Positions 30,422-40,290 of a stretch of DNA of 64,000 nt are shown here, in pieces (positions within the stretch are counted from its first letter, which is position 1; each line of letters opens with the position of its first letter). The DNA comes from Wickerhamiella versatilis. Lineage: Eukaryota. Location of the stretch: contig JAQOWU010000007.1 of assembly GCA_030867685.1 (NCBI GenBank), forward strand, positions 1,054,001-1,118,000. The letters are read 5' to 3'. The notes under the pieces are model-generated. The model did not search any database. It was not told where the DNA came from and saw only the letters and a program-made list of their open reading frames with translations. The position numbers were made by a program, and so were the translations under genes.

Positions 30422-30689
30422 ACTTTTGTTCTCATTGTTGGTCATTCGGCGAAACAGTCAGCAGCTGTCTAGCTAGACGACTCCACCGCCTATGCTGTTG
30501 TATGCGGTTGTGGTACCGTGTTTTACGGTCTACAAGCTGCTGCCACTCATACAGTGCGTACCTTGGTCGCTTGTGTGAGCTAGGAGGGGAGTCAGCGAGT
30601 AATGAGTCCAATCTTTTCTTCACCGAGATGCTTTACTGGTAGCTTCTAGGTTTCAATGCGGACTACAAGTCATAGGCAGTGTCAAAAGT
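30422..30689 (+). ncRNA. Candidate structured RNA element (family not identified) between SDH3 and SPE2
   Basis: Nested complementary segments form a terminal stem, a multi-branch junction and a possible pseudoknot; G-U pairs favour the + strand (see findings). Confidence 0.5.
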
Positions 30690-30802
30690 TTATTTATCTA
30701 GATATCTTAATATCCCCAATTGTCAGTAGAGCCGTTATTGTCTTACCGCCTGAGCTTGGCACGGACCTACCCTTACCCACTGGGAGTTTTTAACTCGGGG
30801 TG

Positions 30803-30886
30803 ATGTTCGCCAGAGGCTTTTTTTCACGTTGGATGAGCTTCGAAGTTCTACGAAAATTCACAACCCGTCCAACAAAACCCAGGTAA
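30803..30886 (+). promoter_or_regulatory. Candidate uORF (MFARGFFSRWMSFEVLRKFTTRPTKPR*) in the SPE2 leader
   Basis: ATG 30803, second ATG 30833, TAA 30884-30886; same frame as SPE2, ending 33 nt before its ATG. Confidence 0.4.
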
Positions 30887-30919
30887 CATCGACTCCAACG
30901 CAAAAAAACACTAAAAAAG

Positions 30920-31951
30920 ATGTCGGAGAAGTGGGTTAACCACGAAGTTGAAATTGACTGCGCATTCGAGGGTCCGGAGAAGTTACTGCGTGTGTGCTTC
31001 AATGGGCGAGGTTCGATGCTGCGGATTGAGCGTAGCAGATGGGAAAGCATGCTGAAACTCGTAAGGTGCAAAATATTAAGCATTGTTTCCACCCCTGAGA
31101 TGGAGGCCTATGTGTTGTCTGAGAGCAGCATGTTTGTATATCCCCACCAAGTTGTGCTCAAGACATGTGGGACAACAACATTACTTGAAGGCCTTACCGA
31201 GTTGCTTGAAATTGCCACATCAAGGGGGCTCTCGCCGCATGCAGCGTCTTATTCCCGCCGGGCCTGGATCTTCCCCGATCGCCAGCCGCAGACACACCAG
31301 ACGTGGGGGAACGAAGTGTCGAGGCTACGTGAATTCTGGCCAGAAGGGCGCTGGTCCCAGTTTGGAACCAAGCTTGAGGACAGGTGGTACTACTTCTATT
31401 ACGGTGACTACTTCCCAGCGGGGCTTGAGCTCATGATGACGGGCTTGGAACCTGAAAATGCGAAACAGTTCTATTTATCAAGTGATTGGCCGCTTGAAAG
31501 CTCAGTGCGGAGTTTGGATAGCTGCGATGATATCCTAGCTGACCCAGATGATGAGGACCCAGGTCACCATTTGGGAAACTTGATGACACGCAGAGTAGGA
31601 ATAGATGCATTATATCCATCAACTCAGCAGATAGTGGATTCTTTTGCGTTTGATCCATGTGGCTATTCTGCCAACGGTGTATTAAATGCGAAACATTACT
31701 TTACGATCCATGTAACTCCTGAGCAGAATTTTTCCTATGCATCCTTCGAAACGTCCGTACCCGAAGACCAACTGTCCACTGTAAAACGGGTTCTTAATAC
31801 CTTCAACCCGACAGAATTTACACTTGTGGGATGTGGCACCATGATGGAGGAATTTACTCGTATAGAAAAATGGTCCTGCGTGGCAGAAGCAAAATTTGAG
31901 GTGGGCCGCTCTATAATGGTCTACATGAAATTTAACTTATCTAGCACATAG
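30920..31951 (+). CDS. SPE2: S-adenosylmethionine decarboxylase proenzyme
   Basis: 'AFEGPEKLL', autocleavage site 'YVLSE/SSMFVY', 'LKTCGTT', 'FDPCGYSAN', 'TIHVTPE..FSYASFET'. Confidence 0.96.
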   Translation: MSEKWVNHEVEIDCAFEGPEKLLRVCFNGRGSMLRIERSRWESMLKLVRCKILSIVSTPEMEAYVLSESSMFVYPHQVVLKTCGTTTLLEGLTELLEIATSRGLSPHAASYSRRAWIFPDRQPQTHQTWGNEVSRLREFWPEGRWSQFGTKLEDRWYYFYYGDYFPAGLELMMTGLEPENAKQFYLSSDWPLESSVRSLDSCDDILADPDDEDPGHHLGNLMTRRVGIDALYPSTQQIVDSFAFDPCGYSANGVLNAKHYFTIHVTPEQNFSYASFETSVPEDQLSTVKRVLNTFNPTEFTLVGCGTMMEEFTRIEKWSCVAEAKFEVGRSIMVYMKFNLSST

Positions 31952-32058
31952 AATAAATAACAAAACTTATTTTCTCCACCGAGCATAGGAAGAATATAAG
32001 GTGATAATGTACGTGCAAATGCCTCGCCACCCATTTCAATAAATAGTCAGTTTATCCA

Positions 32059-34005
32059 CTAGGTCAGATTCAGAATAGTCCCCATAACGCGTGCTAATGG
32101 CCGCCAATCGGTCAGTCCCGTTTGCTTTTTTCTACGGAAGTCTTTGACGAAATCTATGAGCCACTGGCGCCGATAGATACTGAAATTGTCTATCTTCTTC
32201 ATCCACATTTCGTAGCGCGTGCATAGCGAAACATCTTTATCTGATGCAATACAGGCGCCAACGAAGCCGGTAAAATAGATAGGTACGACAATTGGTTTAC
32301 CAACTTCAGTGTTGAGTACACTAATTGCTTCCAAGTGCTTGATTATGCTGTGTGCAAGATCCTGCAAAACCATACTATTCACCCTTTTCGCCACAAAATA
32401 ATAATAGGAGACAGTTGCATCATAAAAAACTGAAGTATGATGATCTATAATTGCCCATATGCGAGCACGATGACCTTCAGACGTCAAATCCCCGACGGGG
32501 GCAGTTATGGATGGGGGCGTATACCAATTCTTCCAATTGGAAAGGGTAGCCTCTAGCGTGGTGCACCGTCTTGCAAAGCCTTCTTGGTACATTAAATCGT
32601 CACAAGGAGAATCGCTTGGTATCTTTGACGTTATCATTACTGCTTCTTTAAACAGGGAAGCCAAAGACACGGGAACACCGAAAGAAAATTCAAATATGTC
32701 AGTTTCTTCTCTTCCTGAATTCTCGCTGGTATTGTCATGTTCCAAGAGATATTCATCCATATACTCTTGCAACTCGTCGCTGCTGGCCATATAGCTTAAG
32801 GAAGTCCGTCGTGCCTTTTGCTGTAGGAGCCTCGAGATATGGGTCTGCAAGGTATTACCCAAGGGCGGAGACACATCTAAAAAAACCTTGTCTATCCAAT
32901 CAAGACCATATTCTTTTGCTGGAGAAGATGGCCAAGTTCCACTCGCAATTACGAAGAGTGTATCAAGTGCGGAGATACGATGGAGGTGCGCAATCTTTTT
33001 ACCAACGGGTGATTTCTGTGTGAGTCGCTTCGTGATAATTTGCTGGGATACTCCAAGGAGCTCTTCACACCTAGATCGTTCACTTCCTCGCATCATCTCT
33101 AATACCAACATGGACTGGACTGCAACGAGCATATCTCTATATCTGCCGACAGATTCATTCTCAAAGCACCTATCAAGCCATGATCTCGCAAGCATTTGCA
33201 ATGCAAGGCCGGTGCGGTCACATTCAGTATATCCTTGAGTTCCCGGCCGAAAGTCACGACGCAAATAGTAAGCTGTCATAGATAGTGATGAGTATAACAG
33301 AATATAACGCGCATAAGTCGTTGAGCCTGAAGTTAAAATGTCACTGACACTTGCCAAAAGACATGGACAACATATGTCACTCCACGCATTGAGAGAACTC
33401 CACATCACAGATATGTGGGGAATAAGCAGATCTCGATAAGCGCTAAGAAGGCAATGTCCAACAGCATTTAGTCTGGTAAAGGCAAATGGCATACGGGATG
33501 CATGCATAATTACTAGCTTTTGAGACTGGCCTTTCTCGAATATCAGGTCAGACGGTTCTTCATAAGAGTTACAAACCGACCGATTTAGAGTTGGTTGAAA
33601 CGACCAATCCGGAATAGAGCGCCAAGATGGAGTTGATGAGGGGCTCATATCTTGCTTTTGTGATTCGGTCTCAGGTGACAGACACAGAAAAACGCCAAAA
33701 GGTCCCACAACAGCAGTTTCTGAATTTGGCGTGACACTATCAAGACGGGTAAGTTCCTTATCGACTTGTCGCACGGAATCATAGATCATACTTGGGGGAT
33801 ATTTAACAAAACCAATCTCCCTACGGAAAGTACTATCATCCTGGCGATCGTTCATCCAGCGAAGCTGAAGGCCGTAATCGCAGTTTAAGCGTGAACGTTG
33901 ACATTGACGGCAGATAGGCCGAGTTAGATCACACTTAATCTTTCTCTGGCGACATAACAAGCACCCCGTGTACGTCTTTGTGCGACGACGGGGCCCTTCT
34001 ACCAT
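32059..34005 (-). CDS. Zn(II)2Cys6 transcription factor, Arg81-like
   Basis: 'KTYTGCLLCRQRKIKCDLTRPICRQCQRSRLNC.YGLQLRW' resembles the Arg81 DNA-binding domain, plus a fungal TF middle region; orthology uncertain. Confidence 0.75.
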   Translation of the reverse strand: MVEGPRRRTKTYTGCLLCRQRKIKCDLTRPICRQCQRSRLNCDYGLQLRWMNDRQDDSTFRREIGFVKYPPSMIYDSVRQVDKELTRLDSVTPNSETAVVGPFGVFLCLSPETESQKQDMSPSSTPSWRSIPDWSFQPTLNRSVCNSYEEPSDLIFEKGQSQKLVIMHASRMPFAFTRLNAVGHCLLSAYRDLLIPHISVMWSSLNAWSDICCPCLLASVSDILTSGSTTYARYILLYSSLSMTAYYLRRDFRPGTQGYTECDRTGLALQMLARSWLDRCFENESVGRYRDMLVAVQSMLVLEMMRGSERSRCEELLGVSQQIITKRLTQKSPVGKKIAHLHRISALDTLFVIASGTWPSSPAKEYGLDWIDKVFLDVSPPLGNTLQTHISRLLQQKARRTSLSYMASSDELQEYMDEYLLEHDNTSENSGREETDIFEFSFGVPVSLASLFKEAVMITSKIPSDSPCDDLMYQEGFARRCTTLEATLSNWKNWYTPPSITAPVGDLTSEGHRARIWAIIDHHTSVFYDATVSYYYFVAKRVNSMVLQDLAHSIIKHLEAISVLNTEVGKPIVVPIYFTGFVGACIASDKDVSLCTRYEMWMKKIDNFSIYRRQWLIDFVKDFRRKKQTGLTDWRPLARVMGTILNLT

Positions 34006-34336
34006 GCACCTTCAATCGCTTTCTAATGCACGTGATGAAATATATGAACTACTCTCGTGCTTGTTGAGATGAAATATCATTAAATACTGGACTTCAGGGG
34101 ATGATGAGAAAAAGAGTTATCTCCAAAAAAAAGTAATGCAACACAAATTTGCCTAGCTAAAGCTAGATCTGTAACAAACGATAAACTCTTGAAAAGTACA
34201 TAAACTTGAATAGTAGCTCTGTGTGGACGCAACAGACAATTTTCTCTAGATTCTAGTTTTAAAGGTCAACAACCATAATTTTGATGGGGACCATCTGCAT
34301 CGGGTCCCACTTGGTTACATAAGAAAGCTAATTTGC

Positions 34337-37300
34337 ATGGCTAACCCTTTTGCAAGACTTGGTGATTATCGTGACAGCGCAACACCTCCTCCCCAAGAAG
34401 ATCTTTCACTCGGTTATTTAACGGGGAATCCAGATGTTCGGGAGATCCAGGACGCTGGTGTGTCACTGATATTCAAGAGTATTCTGAAAAGGGATCCCCG
34501 AACAAGACAGAGGGCGCTTCTGGATTTTTACAGATATGTTGATCAAGAAACAAATATTCCGCAGAGTATACATTTTGCCTATGTTCAGGCGTATATGAAG
34601 TTATTTACTGATTTGGATGCAACATTGCGTAAACAAGCACATGAGTGTCTTGGCAGACTTTATTTGCGTCTTGGGCGTCATTCTGCGAAGTATTTAAAAT
34701 TCACAGCTGGACCGTGGTTAGCAGGGACTTGTGACCCCAACCATGATGTCGCGATAGCGGCGGAAAATTCTCTCAATGAAATATTCCCGGAAGACAAGAG
34801 AACAAAATTCATAGAGACCTTCCGTGCATCCATTGCGGAGTTTATTCAAACAGCCTGCAATATGAAGGCTAATGTTTTGAGCGATGAACGCTACGTTTCT
34901 CCTTCTGACTCTCAGCATCGCTGTGCTCGTTTGATAAAAATGGCTGTTGACCTTATAGGCAAAGTGGGTATGGGACTCAGTGATCCCCGTATAACAGAAC
35001 TTAATGAATCGGGTAAGCTCTGGTCTTTCATTTCATCGCCTGATGGCCCACTGGCAAAGTCGGTGCTCTCTCTTGCTTCGATAAATGGAGAGCCAAATGA
35101 TGCATTGTGGAAGGAACTGGTTAAGGCTTTGCGCAAATCATCGCCACATGTGGCTGTAGACATTCTACGAACACTTATTTTATTGACAAGGGACCATCCA
35201 AGTCTTTGGGATTCTAATTCAGCAGGACTGTTAGCCCAGTTCCCAAGTACTAGTTCCAGTGCTGCGCAAAATGCTCATTTTTGGCCATTGTGGTACAATG
35301 CCGTATTATCAATTCCTGATGAACTCAGACAAATACCCCCTTTGGTGAAAGTGCTGGACAAGACTGTTCCAAAAACTATAGGTGCGGCTGAACCAGCTGG
35401 TTGGGGTTGCTATGGGGCTATGGCAACTCGAATGAATTTTATGCCGCGGTTTTTAGATGCTGTGATTGCTCGCTGCAGACGGCCGATATCACCACGTTTG
35501 AAAGAAGCACTGAGCAAGCGACTTAAAGAATCTAGTGGCGAGGTCCCATTAGATGGACCACCTGAATATCTCAAAATATTGGCGGAAGCACACAGATTTA
35601 GAGAGATACCTCCGCCAAACAACGCACAGCTTGCTGAATTAGTTCGTCTGGATCCTGACATGAAGCTACCTGATTTGGACGAGCCCTCACAAAAGTGGGC
35701 AGAGATTGCAGCATATTCTACTCAAATTGACCCTCAAGCGATATGTGAAGTGCTAGTTTCGCTCAATATGGCTTCGGCGGTACTCAAGCAACATTCCAAA
35801 CTTGCTGCAAGAGGTGTCCGATTAAGTCTGGGCTCGTATTGCAGCGATTTGGCACTTGGAATTGAGGCTTCACCACAACTAGTGTCAGAGGAAGATGCTA
35901 AGAGATTCATAACTATCCTTTCGGACGAAGCCTACACTGATATGAGTGCCATGAAGCAGCTTATACAAGCGGCAGCGAGAAATCCTGGTGCATTTGAAGA
36001 TATAGATGAGATAACAAAGCAGAAAATCATGTCTCTTGAACCTGAAGATCCATCTGGTGCACTCGCACGACTTGTGTTGTCTGATCTAACATGGGAAGAT
36101 CTTCGCGAAGCTTTAGTAGTACCAGTGGAATCCGAGTCGCAGTATCAGGTGCGTCTTTGGCAATTTGGAACTTATAACCCTCTTAAGGCGCAGCGAGTCC
36201 TAGCTGCAGCGGAAGCATTATCTGGCCATGAGGACACTGAGACGGCTACGAAGGTTGCATTAGTTCAAAGTGCGATTCGTGGTTGGAATTATGCACTTGG
36301 AACAAACTTTGATGACATGGCACTACAGCCGCTAAAATCATATGAAATCGCCTGGAATTTAACTGTAGAAGATTCGCCTCTTGCTTTTCATGCTGCCCAA
36401 CTTTTATGGCCAGACCATATACCTCAGCAAGCTGATAGGCATGAATTTGAAAAATCAAGCGTGCGAGGTTCTTTATGGGCACAGTCTGGTCAATTCAAAG
36501 GACAACCTTGGTACGACAGGTTTGTACCAAGTCGTGAACGGGAGTGGTCCTTGTTATGCAGTCTACCCTCTACACTACAGCCAGACACGGACTTGGAGAG
36601 TGTTTGGGCCTATAGACTTGGTAGGAGGCCTGCGAAGGTTGAGGGACCCCCATTTGTGCAACTGGAGGCTCTGAAAGCAGGCGCTAAGCCAACAGTGGAC
36701 GACGTTTTGAAACTCAACCCTGAGTCAAGCCCATTTGAGTTGGAACTTAATCTAGCTTATCTTGACGCTTTCGATAGCTCTGCCGATCCTCGGCTCTATG
36801 AACTTTTGAAGTCAGAGAGCAATGTGTTACCGTGGATAGCGTATAAAGGACTACGACTGCATCCAGATCCCCACATCGTTCGGGCACTTGCCGAAAGTCA
36901 TGGTAATCCTGCCGTATGGTGTCTATTTGCGGACTTAGCGTTGCCTAGTGAGCAGGTCTATGGCCACATTTTAGAATGGGTTGGTGAGAATCTCGAGCTT
37001 GCTGAACTTCCGCGTACTACGGAAGTTGATCCCAAAGTCTCAGGCTCGATTGTTGCTCATCTCCTATTGGAAGTTGCATTGCACTCTTCCGGAGACCTCC
37101 GTACATGGTATAGAGACATAAGAGATCGGTCTTTGCTCAAGAAAGTCGATATGGCTCTAGCCACAGTCGTTACTCCAGCGGTCATGCATTCTCTTGCAGA
37201 AGTGACCAAAAATCGCGAGGAAGTTACTGTTTCAGAGAAAGCTCATGAGATTAGAGGTATCAAGGAAGCCGAAGATCTGCGAGTTGAGATTGTTATAGTC

Positions 37301-37636
37301 TTGCCGGAGCAATATCCTGCCAAGCCTGCAGCAGTGGAAATCAGGAATTTGGCTGGTGTACCCGAAGGAAAGAAACGCTTGTGGTTACTTGAGGCACGTC
37401 AGAATGCTCAACGCTACGGAGTACTTCAAGCTATGGACCAACTTCTTGCTAAAGTTGGTCAATTCTTGGATGGTATCGAACCCTGTGCCATCTGCTATTC
37501 GACAACTCTTGATAACAAGACCCTGCCTTCCAAATCTTGTGGCACATGCCACAATATTTATCATACGGACTGTCTTTATCGCTGGTTCAATTCCAACCGC
37601 GACAAGCTGTGTCCTATGTGTCGACAGCCTATGTGA
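34337..37636 (+). CDS. RKR1: RQC E3 ubiquitin ligase Ltn1/Rkr1 (listerin)
   Basis: N-terminal 'FKSILKRDPRTRQRAL', 'GPWLAG..D', RWD 'LPEQYP', C-terminal RING 'GIEPCAICYS..LPSKSCGTC.N.YH..CLYRWF..CPMCR'. Confidence 0.92.
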   Translation: MANPFARLGDYRDSATPPPQEDLSLGYLTGNPDVREIQDAGVSLIFKSILKRDPRTRQRALLDFYRYVDQETNIPQSIHFAYVQAYMKLFTDLDATLRKQAHECLGRLYLRLGRHSAKYLKFTAGPWLAGTCDPNHDVAIAAENSLNEIFPEDKRTKFIETFRASIAEFIQTACNMKANVLSDERYVSPSDSQHRCARLIKMAVDLIGKVGMGLSDPRITELNESGKLWSFISSPDGPLAKSVLSLASINGEPNDALWKELVKALRKSSPHVAVDILRTLILLTRDHPSLWDSNSAGLLAQFPSTSSSAAQNAHFWPLWYNAVLSIPDELRQIPPLVKVLDKTVPKTIGAAEPAGWGCYGAMATRMNFMPRFLDAVIARCRRPISPRLKEALSKRLKESSGEVPLDGPPEYLKILAEAHRFREIPPPNNAQLAELVRLDPDMKLPDLDEPSQKWAEIAAYSTQIDPQAICEVLVSLNMASAVLKQHSKLAARGVRLSLGSYCSDLALGIEASPQLVSEEDAKRFITILSDEAYTDMSAMKQLIQAAARNPGAFEDIDEITKQKIMSLEPEDPSGALARLVLSDLTWEDLREALVVPVESESQYQVRLWQFGTYNPLKAQRVLAAAEALSGHEDTETATKVALVQSAIRGWNYALGTNFDDMALQPLKSYEIAWNLTVEDSPLAFHAAQLLWPDHIPQQADRHEFEKSSVRGSLWAQSGQFKGQPWYDRFVPSREREWSLLCSLPSTLQPDTDLESVWAYRLGRRPAKVEGPPFVQLEALKAGAKPTVDDVLKLNPESSPFELELNLAYLDAFDSSADPRLYELLKSESNVLPWIAYKGLRLHPDPHIVRALAESHGNPAVWCLFADLALPSEQVYGHILEWVGENLELAELPRTTEVDPKVSGSIVAHLLLEVALHSSGDLRTWYRDIRDRSLLKKVDMALATVVTPAVMHSLAEVTKNREEVTVSEKAHEIRGIKEAEDLRVEIVIVLPEQYPAKPAAVEIRNLAGVPEGKKRLWLLEARQNAQRYGVLQAMDQLLAKVGQFLDGIEPCAICYSTTLDNKTLPSKSCGTCHNIYHTDCLYRWFNSNRDKLCPMCRQPM

Positions 37637-37939
37637 ATCAGCCATAAAAGGGTAAAATCCTTCTCAATGTGACTGACGGCTAACCCATATATTTTTAAAT
37701 ATGCCCGATTTATTGATTTTGTGCTATTTTTGTCTGGCAACATTGACCATGTTTAGTTAATGCTAGGCTTTGTACTCTTGATGCATTAGTAGATATATTA
37801 CTGCCGAGCAAATAGTTAGAAAAATAACTCTGAATCATTCTTATATCCAATAAACGAATACTTTCTGCCCGAATGTCACGAATCCTCAAATTTGCTATCT
37901 CTCACCCGCCACCTGCGTGAGTCAGCAACCGTCTTGACC

Positions 37940-38557
37940 ATGGTAGCGCGGAAGTCAATGCTCAAGGTCATCATATTGGGCGACAGTGGTGTCGGTAAGA
38001 CCAGTTTGATGCAACAATATGTCAATAAGAAATTCAGTACGCAGTATAAGGCCACCATTGGTGCAGATTTTTTGACGAAGGAACTTGTGCTTGATGAGCG
38101 GAGGGTGGTTATGCAGATTTGGGACACAGCAGGGCAAGAGCGTTTTCAGAGCCTTGGTGTTGCTTTTTACCGTGGTGCTGATTGCTGTGTACTTATGTTT
38201 GACGTCAATAATGCGAAGAGCTTTGAGGCCCTTGACAATTGGAGGGACGAATTTCTACTCCAAGCCAACCCTGCTGACCCTGAGAACTTCCCTTTTGTGG
38301 TTATCGGAAATAAAGTCGATTTGGATGAGACAAAGAGGGCTGTATCAACTCAAAAGGCACAGCGGTGGTGTGCTGCAAAAGGTAATCTGCCCTACTTTGA
38401 AACCTCAGCTAAGGAGGCTACAGGTGTAGACCAGGCGTTTGAAGTGATTGGACACAATGCTTTGCAGCAGGATGATGCTGAGGGATTTGATCAAGAATAC
38501 CCGGATGGCGTTGACTTTTCGCAATATGAACAGGAGCAATCCGCATGTTCATGTTAA
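37940..38557 (+). CDS. YPT7: Rab7 GTPase
   Basis: '[17 protein letters not shown]', '[13 protein letters not shown]', '[23 protein letters not shown]', CxC prenylation tail. Confidence 0.97.
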   Translation: MVARKSMLKVIILGDSGVGKTSLMQQYVNKKFSTQYKATIGADFLTKELVLDERRVVMQIWDTAGQERFQSLGVAFYRGADCCVLMFDVNNAKSFEALDNWRDEFLLQANPADPENFPFVVIGNKVDLDETKRAVSTQKAQRWCAAKGNLPYFETSAKEATGVDQAFEVIGHNALQQDDAEGFDQEYPDGVDFSQYEQEQSACSC

Positions 38558-38672
38558 ATTTGAGGGTTTTCGTTATGTCAGTAGTGATAAGGCATGTAAT
38601 GAGCGAGATTTAAACATTAATTGTATCAGAGTAGGTCCTCATTGTGAGTGATATATTCTCGCTGAATAAGTG

Positions 38673-38678
38673 ACGCGT
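38673..38678. promoter_or_regulatory. MCB element (ACGCGT) 11 nt before the DSN1-like ATG
   Basis: Exact hexamer next to a probable kinetochore gene. Confidence 0.4.
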
Positions 38679-38689
38679 TAGAGAGAGCC

Positions 38690-39847
38690 ATGGCGCGGAC
38701 ATCCCGCCGGCGTGGAGCTTTCGCCTTTTCACTAGGAGATGATGAAGATGAGGAAAGATCTACTAGCACTGATGAGCTGGCTTCGATGCCAAGCCCAATT
38801 CCTCGAAGTCGACCTTTAGATGCTTCGCCTCATCCTCCTAAACGGGTCAGGGCGGATGGGCCTCCTTCAGCTCCTATGTCTCAATCAAGCAATGTACCTT
38901 CAAGGGATGTTCCAGCACCAGCACCAGTAATTGGATATGTTAGTGAGTCTTCTCCTAAATCTGTTCACGCGGCAGATGCATCACCTGCGCTAGAGGAGGT
39001 TGATGCCGAAACACCATCAGTACGCCCTCAGGCACCACCACAAGATTTTGAAGCAGAAATAGCCGACATGAGTCCAAAGAAGGGTAGTGCTGACCGTCTT
39101 CTAACAGAGATCACTACTGCTCCTCTCCCTAGTAGTAGCCCAGCCCCTACTCCTCTTAAGTGGTCACAATCGGTGACGAGGGAGACAGAGTACCAGCATG
39201 CACCACCAGTAGGCGTATCTCATCGCCAATGGGCACAATGTATAATTGGAGGGGATGAAGTTCACACCTGGATTCAGGCGGTGATATGGTCACTCCAACA
39301 GGAACTTGCAGCTCTGAGCAAAGATATAAAGACAGGGCCGCCATCTGCATCAAAGCTTGTCATATTGAGGGCGATGCAGATGCTCAAGGAAGCTCTTACA
39401 GATCGATCTTTGCGTCTTGATTGGACCGCATATGCGCCACTGAGGCTTAAACCAGCAGGAGAAAATGTGCAAGATGCACTAAATCGCAAGATTCTTGGCG
39501 AAACATCCTTGCTGAGACAAAAGCTCGAAGCTGAGAATTCTTTTTGGCTTCATAAACTTCGCAGTTACGAGCGGGAATTTGGCGGTCGAACTTTAGCCCC
39601 TACAAATGATCATGAAAAACAGATAACTCTAGGACTTGATGAAGTACGTGATGTGTGCAGCAGGAGAGTATCGGAGCGTAGAAAAGCCGTAGAGCACCTT
39701 TTCGGCCTGGAAGATCTTGCGACAAAGGTCACATTTACTGTAGAATTAATACGAGATATGGCTCAAGCCCCCGATGCAGGTATTGAAAGGACTATTTCGC
39801 AGTTGGTAAGTGGCATTAATATTTCTGGAGACATGAACATGGCCTAG
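38690..39847 (+). CDS. Possible kinetochore Mis12-complex subunit Dsn1/Mis13 (divergent)
   Basis: Disordered S/P-rich N-terminal half, then helical region 'VIWSLQQEL...LDW...KP..ENVQD...KLEAENSFW' reminiscent of Mis13/Dsn1. Confidence 0.45.
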   Translation: MARTSRRRGAFAFSLGDDEDEERSTSTDELASMPSPIPRSRPLDASPHPPKRVRADGPPSAPMSQSSNVPSRDVPAPAPVIGYVSESSPKSVHAADASPALEEVDAETPSVRPQAPPQDFEAEIADMSPKKGSADRLLTEITTAPLPSSSPAPTPLKWSQSVTRETEYQHAPPVGVSHRQWAQCIIGGDEVHTWIQAVIWSLQQELAALSKDIKTGPPSASKLVILRAMQMLKEALTDRSLRLDWTAYAPLRLKPAGENVQDALNRKILGETSLLRQKLEAENSFWLHKLRSYEREFGGRTLAPTNDHEKQITLGLDEVRDVCSRRVSERRKAVEHLFGLEDLATKVTFTVELIRDMAQAPDAGIERTISQLVSGINISGDMNMA

Positions 39848-40290
39848 GGATGATATTTATAACCTGCTGAAAAGTCGAATCTTATCAGCTTGTACAGAAA
39901 AAAAAAGATTTTTTAAACATATAGTTGTCTAACCTAACAATGTCAATGCAGTTTTGATTACAACAAGTTGTTATTCGTATTGTCTCCGCGTTATGACCAA
40001 GAGATGTCAGCAGTGACTTTTAATGAGAAAGATGTCAATTAAACTGTCAGATACTACAGGATCAATTTACACCCGTAACTAAATAACACTCTAGCTAGCA
40101 CTATATTATCGTACATATTCACAGATTTTTTCGGCTATCAATTCACTGTCTTGGATGATCTTGGCGAAAAAGTGGAGTCATCTCGTAGGATACCGGATAG
40201 GGGTAGGGGTTAAAACCTAGCAGCATTTGCTGTTATGTTAACGTTGAACTGGGACCAAGCATTGCTAGAAATACTTTTTTGATCAGAAGA

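Noticed and set aside
29277..30642. ORFs 29277-29726 (-), 29772-30086 (+) and Cys-rich 30199-30642 (+)
   Set aside because: They lie in promoter DNA or antisense to SDH3, mostly lack a credible ATG context and show no recognisable protein features
30765..30780. CTACCCTTACCCA as a telomerase RNA template followed by a U-rich/A-rich pseudoknot
   Set aside because: No room for a three-way junction or Sm site before the SPE2 ATG; the telomere repeat is unknown to me; TTACCC also occurs upstream of PSF1 and fits a Reb1-like promoter site. Worth revisiting only if the telomeres contain GGGTAA/GGGTAG
10149..37636. HEL2 and RKR1 (both ribosome quality-control ligases) as a functional cluster
   Set aside because: More than 22 kb and about ten unrelated genes apart; compatible with chance
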